Source of the DNA: Candidatus Zhuqueibacterota bacterium
GTDB lineage: Bacteria > Zhuqueibacterota > Zhuqueibacteria > Zhuqueibacterales > Geothermadaptataceae
Assembly (NCBI GenBank): GCA_015491485.1
Contig: WFVT01000284.1
Coordinates: 243 to 64,242 of the forward strand
Length of the DNA stretch: 64,000 nucleotides
Direction: 5' to 3'
Every line of letters begins with the position of its first letter. Position 1 is the first letter of the stretch. Of this stretch, positions 60,863-64,000 are shown one piece after another. Both the position numbers and the translations under genes were made by a program. Below the pieces are notes generated by a model. It was not told the DNA's origin, ran no database searches, and saw only the letters and a program-made list of their open reading frames with translations.

Positions 60863-62560
60863 TTACTTCCCCTGCGCCTTCTCAATTTTGGCCCAGGTGT
60901 CTTTCAGAGTAATGGTCCGGTTGAAGACCGGTTTGCCGGGTTTGGAGTCGCGGGTGTCCACGCAGAAGTAACCCTGGCGCTCAAACTGGAAACGCTCGCC
61001 GGGCTGCGCTTCGGCCAGTCCCGGCTCCGCATAAGCGGTGATCACCTTCAGCGAATCGGGATTGAGAAAGTCTTTGAAATCCCGGCCCTCCTTGTCCGCC
61101 TCGGGATACGGCACGGAAAACAGGCGATCATACAACCGCACCTCAATGGGCACGGCATGCTTCGCCGACACCCAGTGCAACGTGCCGCGGACTTTGCGGC
61201 CATCGGGAGACCAGCCGCCCCGTGACTCGGGATCGTAGGTGCAGTGCAGCTCCACAATTTCGCCGTTCTCGTCTTTGATCACATCCACGCAGGTGATGTA
61301 GTAGGCATACCGCAGCCGCACCTCGCGGCCGGGAGCCAGCCGGAAGAACTTCTTCGGCGGATCCTCGCGGAAATCGTCCCGCTCGATATACACCACCTTC
61401 GAAAACGGCACCTTGCGCTTGCCCATGCTCTCGTCTTCCGGATTGTTGATGGCCTCCATCTCTTCCACCTGCTCATCCGGATAATTGATGATGACCACCT
61501 TGAGCGGATTGAGCACCACCATCCGGCGCGGCGCCACTTTGTTGAGGTGGTCGCGCACGCAGTGTTCCAGCAGTGCCACATCCACCACGCTGTTGGCTTT
61601 GGCCACGCCGATCCGGTTGCAAAAGTCGCGGATGGCTTCGGGCGTGTAACCACGGCGCCGCATGCCCGAGATGGTCGGCATGCGCGGATCATCCCAGCCA
61701 TCCACATGGCCGCCATTCACCAGCTCCAGCAGTTTGCGCTTGCTCAGGACCGTATAGGTCAGCTCCAGCCGCGCAAACTCGATTTGCTGCGGATGATGGA
61801 TGCCGAGCTGATCCAGGAACCAATCGTAGAGCGGCCGGTGGTCCTCAAATTCCAGCGTGCAAATGGAGTGCGTGATGCCCTCAATGGAGTCCGACTGCCC
61901 GTGCGCCCAGTCGTAGGTCGGAAAAATACACCACTCATTGCCACGGCGGTAGTGCGGTGCCTTGATGATCCGGTACATCACCGGATCGCGCATGTTCATG
62001 TTGGGATGCGCCATATCGATTTTGGCTCGCAGCACTTTCGAGCCTTCGGGGAATTCGCCCTTGCGCATGCGCTCCAGCAGGTCGAGATTCTCTTCCACGC
62101 TGCGGTTGCGGTACGGGCTTTCTTTGCCCGGCTCGGTGAGGGTGCCGCGGTACTGACGGATCTCCTCGGGCGTGAGATCATCCACATACGCCTTGCCTTT
62201 TTTCACCAGATCGACGGCGAACTCATACAATTTCTCGAAATAGTCCGACGCAAAATAGAGGTGCTCGCCCCAGTCATAGCCCAGCCAGCGCACGTCTTCC
62301 TGAATCGACTGCACATATTCCATACTTTCTTTCAACGGATTGGTATCATCAAACCGCAGATGGCAGCGCCCGCCGAACTCCTCGGCTATGCCGAAATTGA
62401 GCACGATGGATTTGGCATGGCCAATGTGCAGGTAACCGTTCGGCTCCGGCGGAAACCGGGTGATCACTTTGCCGCCGTAGCGCCCGGTGCGAATGTCCTC
62501 TTTGATGATGCTGCGAATAAAATCGGTGGAATTGCCAGTTTCATGCTTTTCCTGAGCCAT
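60863..62560 (-). CDS. glnS: Glutamine--tRNA ligase
   Basis: [17 protein letters not shown] (HIGH), [14 protein letters not shown] (KMSKS-type), and the C-terminal anticodon-binding beta-barrel region typical of GlnRS. Confidence 0.9.
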   Translation of the reverse strand: MAQEKHETGNSTDFIRSIIKEDIRTGRYGGKVITRFPPEPNGYLHIGHAKSIVLNFGIAEEFGGRCHLRFDDTNPLKESMEYVQSIQEDVRWLGYDWGEHLYFASDYFEKLYEFAVDLVKKGKAYVDDLTPEEIRQYRGTLTEPGKESPYRNRSVEENLDLLERMRKGEFPEGSKVLRAKIDMAHPNMNMRDPVMYRIIKAPHYRRGNEWCIFPTYDWAHGQSDSIEGITHSICTLEFEDHRPLYDWFLDQLGIHHPQQIEFARLELTYTVLSKRKLLELVNGGHVDGWDDPRMPTISGMRRRGYTPEAIRDFCNRIGVAKANSVVDVALLEHCVRDHLNKVAPRRMVVLNPLKVVIINYPDEQVEEMEAINNPEDESMGKRKVPFSKVVYIERDDFREDPPKKFFRLAPGREVRLRYAYYITCVDVIKDENGEIVELHCTYDPESRGGWSPDGRKVRGTLHWVSAKHAVPIEVRLYDRLFSVPYPEADKEGRDFKDFLNPDSLKVITAYAEPGLAEAQPGERFQFERQGYFCVDTRDSKPGKPVFNRTITLKDTWAKIEKAQGK

Positions 62561-63033
62561 GGGCCGTTCCTCAAACGCGTTTGATAATGATGTTTTCAGA
62601 TTGCGTGCAATTTTTAGTTATGCTTTCAAAGCCGCGAATGGACGCGGATTTGCTCTGTAAAACGGGTCCAGTTGCTTTTCAGTCATCCAACATGGATTTT
62701 CGCCGCTTATGGTAAGGAATCCCGCCGATGGCCACGGACACGGTCGATCCGTGACCATGCGTGACATCCGTGGTCCAATATGCCGATTTTCAGAGGCGTA
62801 AATTTATGAAAAATTTATCCAAGATGCAAATGAAGTTCAGGTTACGAATTGGATTGTCGCGGTTTACGGTGGCTGTTGTAATTTCATATCTGCTGCCGGG
62901 GGTTGGGGAATGCCATGTCGAAGCGTGCCCGGGTGTTGATGGGTGACGCCGTCTTTCAACCGTTTTTGCTTGCCCGGACGGGATGGTTTCGCTATAATCT
63001 ATCCATGTCCTGCTAACTTGACAAAGGAGCCCC

Positions 63034-64000
63034 ATGAAAACACAAGCCAAATTGCTATTTGGGGGATTGGCTCTGCTGGTGCTGGCCTGCGGCAAGCCGC
63101 CCACGTTTGAGGTGCCGGAGACCGCTGGCATGCGCTGGTTCAAAGGCAATACGCACGCCCACACCAATAACAGCGATGGCGACTCTCCGCCGGAATATGT
63201 GGCGCGGTGGTACAAAGAGCACGGCTATCATTTTCTGGTCATGTCCGATCACAACGTGCTGACCAATCCGCAAATCGTCGCGCATCTGGTGGACTCGTCT
63301 TTCATCGTTATTCCGGGAGAAGAGGTGAGTTCGGGCTTCAACAAAAAGCCGGTGCATGTCAACGGCCTCAATATTTCGCATCGGGTGGAGCCGCGCGTGG
63401 ATTCCAGCATGGTGGCGACGATTCAGGCCAACGTGGATGCGGTGCGAGAGGCCGATGGCGTGCCGCACATCAATCATCCCAATTTTCTGTGGGCGTTTTC
63501 GCACCGGGAGCTGCTGCAAATCCGCAACGACCGGCTGCTGGAAATCTACAACGGGCATCCGCTGGTGAACAACTGGGGCGGCGGTGGCTGGCCCAGCATG
63601 GAACAGGTGTGGGATCATCTCCTCACGGCCGGTAAGCGCATTTACGGCATTGCGGTGGACGACGCGCACGATTTCCAGGGCGAATTTTCGCCGCGCGCCT
63701 CCAATCCGGGCCGGGGTTGGGTGATGGTGCGCGCTCACCGGCTCGATCCGCTGGAGATTGTGCAGCATCTCGAGAAGGGGCTGTTTTATGCCAGCACCGG
63801 GGTCGTTCTGGAAGATGTCATCGTTACGCCGCAGCGCATGGAAATCCGCATCCACCCGCAATGGGATTTCAAATACCGCACTCAGTTCATCGGTGACGGC
63901 GGGCAAATTCTGTCAGAAAGTGTGGATAATCCGGCGGTGTTCGAGTTGACGCAAAAGACCTCTTATGTCCGCGCCAAGGTGATGAGCTCGGGTGGATTTG
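63034..64000 (+). CDS. PHP-domain metallohydrolase lipoprotein (partial; runs off the window end)
   Basis: Not in the ORF track because no stop is reached. ATG 63034 after AAAGGAG. Lipobox LLVLACG. GNTHAHTNNSDGDS, LVMSDHN, INHPNF and VDDAHD metal motifs. Confidence 0.7.
   Translation, partial: MKTQAKLLFGGLALLVLACGKPPTFEVPETAGMRWFKGNTHAHTNNSDGDSPPEYVARWYKEHGYHFLVMSDHNVLTNPQIVAHLVDSSFIVIPGEEVSSGFNKKPVHVNGLNISHRVEPRVDSSMVATIQANVDAVREADGVPHINHPNFLWAFSHRELLQIRNDRLLEIYNGHPLVNNWGGGGWPSMEQVWDHLLTAGKRIYGIAVDDAHDFQGEFSPRASNPGRGWVMVRAHRLDPLEIVQHLEKGLFYASTGVVLEDVIVTPQRMEIRIHPQWDFKYRTQFIGDGGQILSESVDNPAVFELTQKTSYVRAKVMSSGGF

Noticed and set aside
61244-62584. 446-aa ORF antisense to glnS
   Set aside because: This is a shadow ORF. 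The opposite strand carries unmistakable GlnRS HIGH/KMSKS motifs.
62806-62946. Small ORF MKNLSKMQMKFRLRIGLSRFTVAVVISYLLPGVGECHVEACPGVDG in the glnS/PHP spacer
   Set aside because: It is short, has no RBS, and its conservation cannot be tested, so it cannot be supported from sequence alone.
63055-63906. 283-aa minus-strand ORF at the window end
   Set aside because: It is antisense to an open + frame with a lipobox and PHP metal motifs, so the + frame is the real gene.

Overview
This is a 64-kb chromosomal segment from a moderately GC-rich bacterium with an outer membrane (diderm). By eye the GC content is mid-50s percent; I did not compute it. I call about 55 protein-coding genes, packed densely and mostly co-directional. 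I saw no rRNA, tRNA, CRISPR array, transposase or integrase. All calls rest on motif and architecture recognition from the ORF translations; no similarity search was possible.

The centrepiece (5977-19672) is a contiguous respiratory supercluster. It holds alternative complex III (actABCDEF plus a small membrane protein), a caa3-type cytochrome c oxidase (subunits II-cyt c, I, III, IV), two SCO copper chaperones and a DUF420 protein.

Other recognisable blocks:
- A Clp1-like P-loop polynucleotide kinase with an unknown partner, and idi.
- A TetR / LolA-like / 2x FtsX permease / ATPase / beta-barrel operon.
- LPS-type glycosyltransferases (GT2, GT9).
- Acyl-CoA carboxylase genes (carboxyltransferase, biotin carboxylase) with an embedded STAS protein.
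- A GMC oxidoreductase, a membrane-inserted metallophosphoesterase and a fused aconitase-family dehydratase.
- DUF72, a gamma-glutamylcyclotransferase (GGCT) and two tandem Omp85-type barrels.
- Type III glutamine synthetase, then rsmE, HIT, rpsU, yqeY, cvpA, mutS2 and an inositol monophosphatase (IMPase).
- An orphan histidine kinase operon.
- A small AT-rich toxin-antitoxin islet whose PIN toxin carries an in-frame TAG.
- glnS, and PHP-domain hydrolases at both window edges.

Gene content (GlnN, GlnRS, ACIII+caa3, the S21-YqeY pair) is compatible with an FCB-like lineage, but I cannot establish this.

The least explained signal is non-coding. An element of about 90 nt occurs in the same orientation in three unusually long intergenic spacers, with possible degenerate relatives in other spacers. 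Phased ATCCGT/CCGTG hexamer arrays and an ~800-bp GC-rich non-coding tract upstream of glnN are also unexplained. I did not find a clear-cut novel multi-gene system. The candidates below are ranked honestly as modest.
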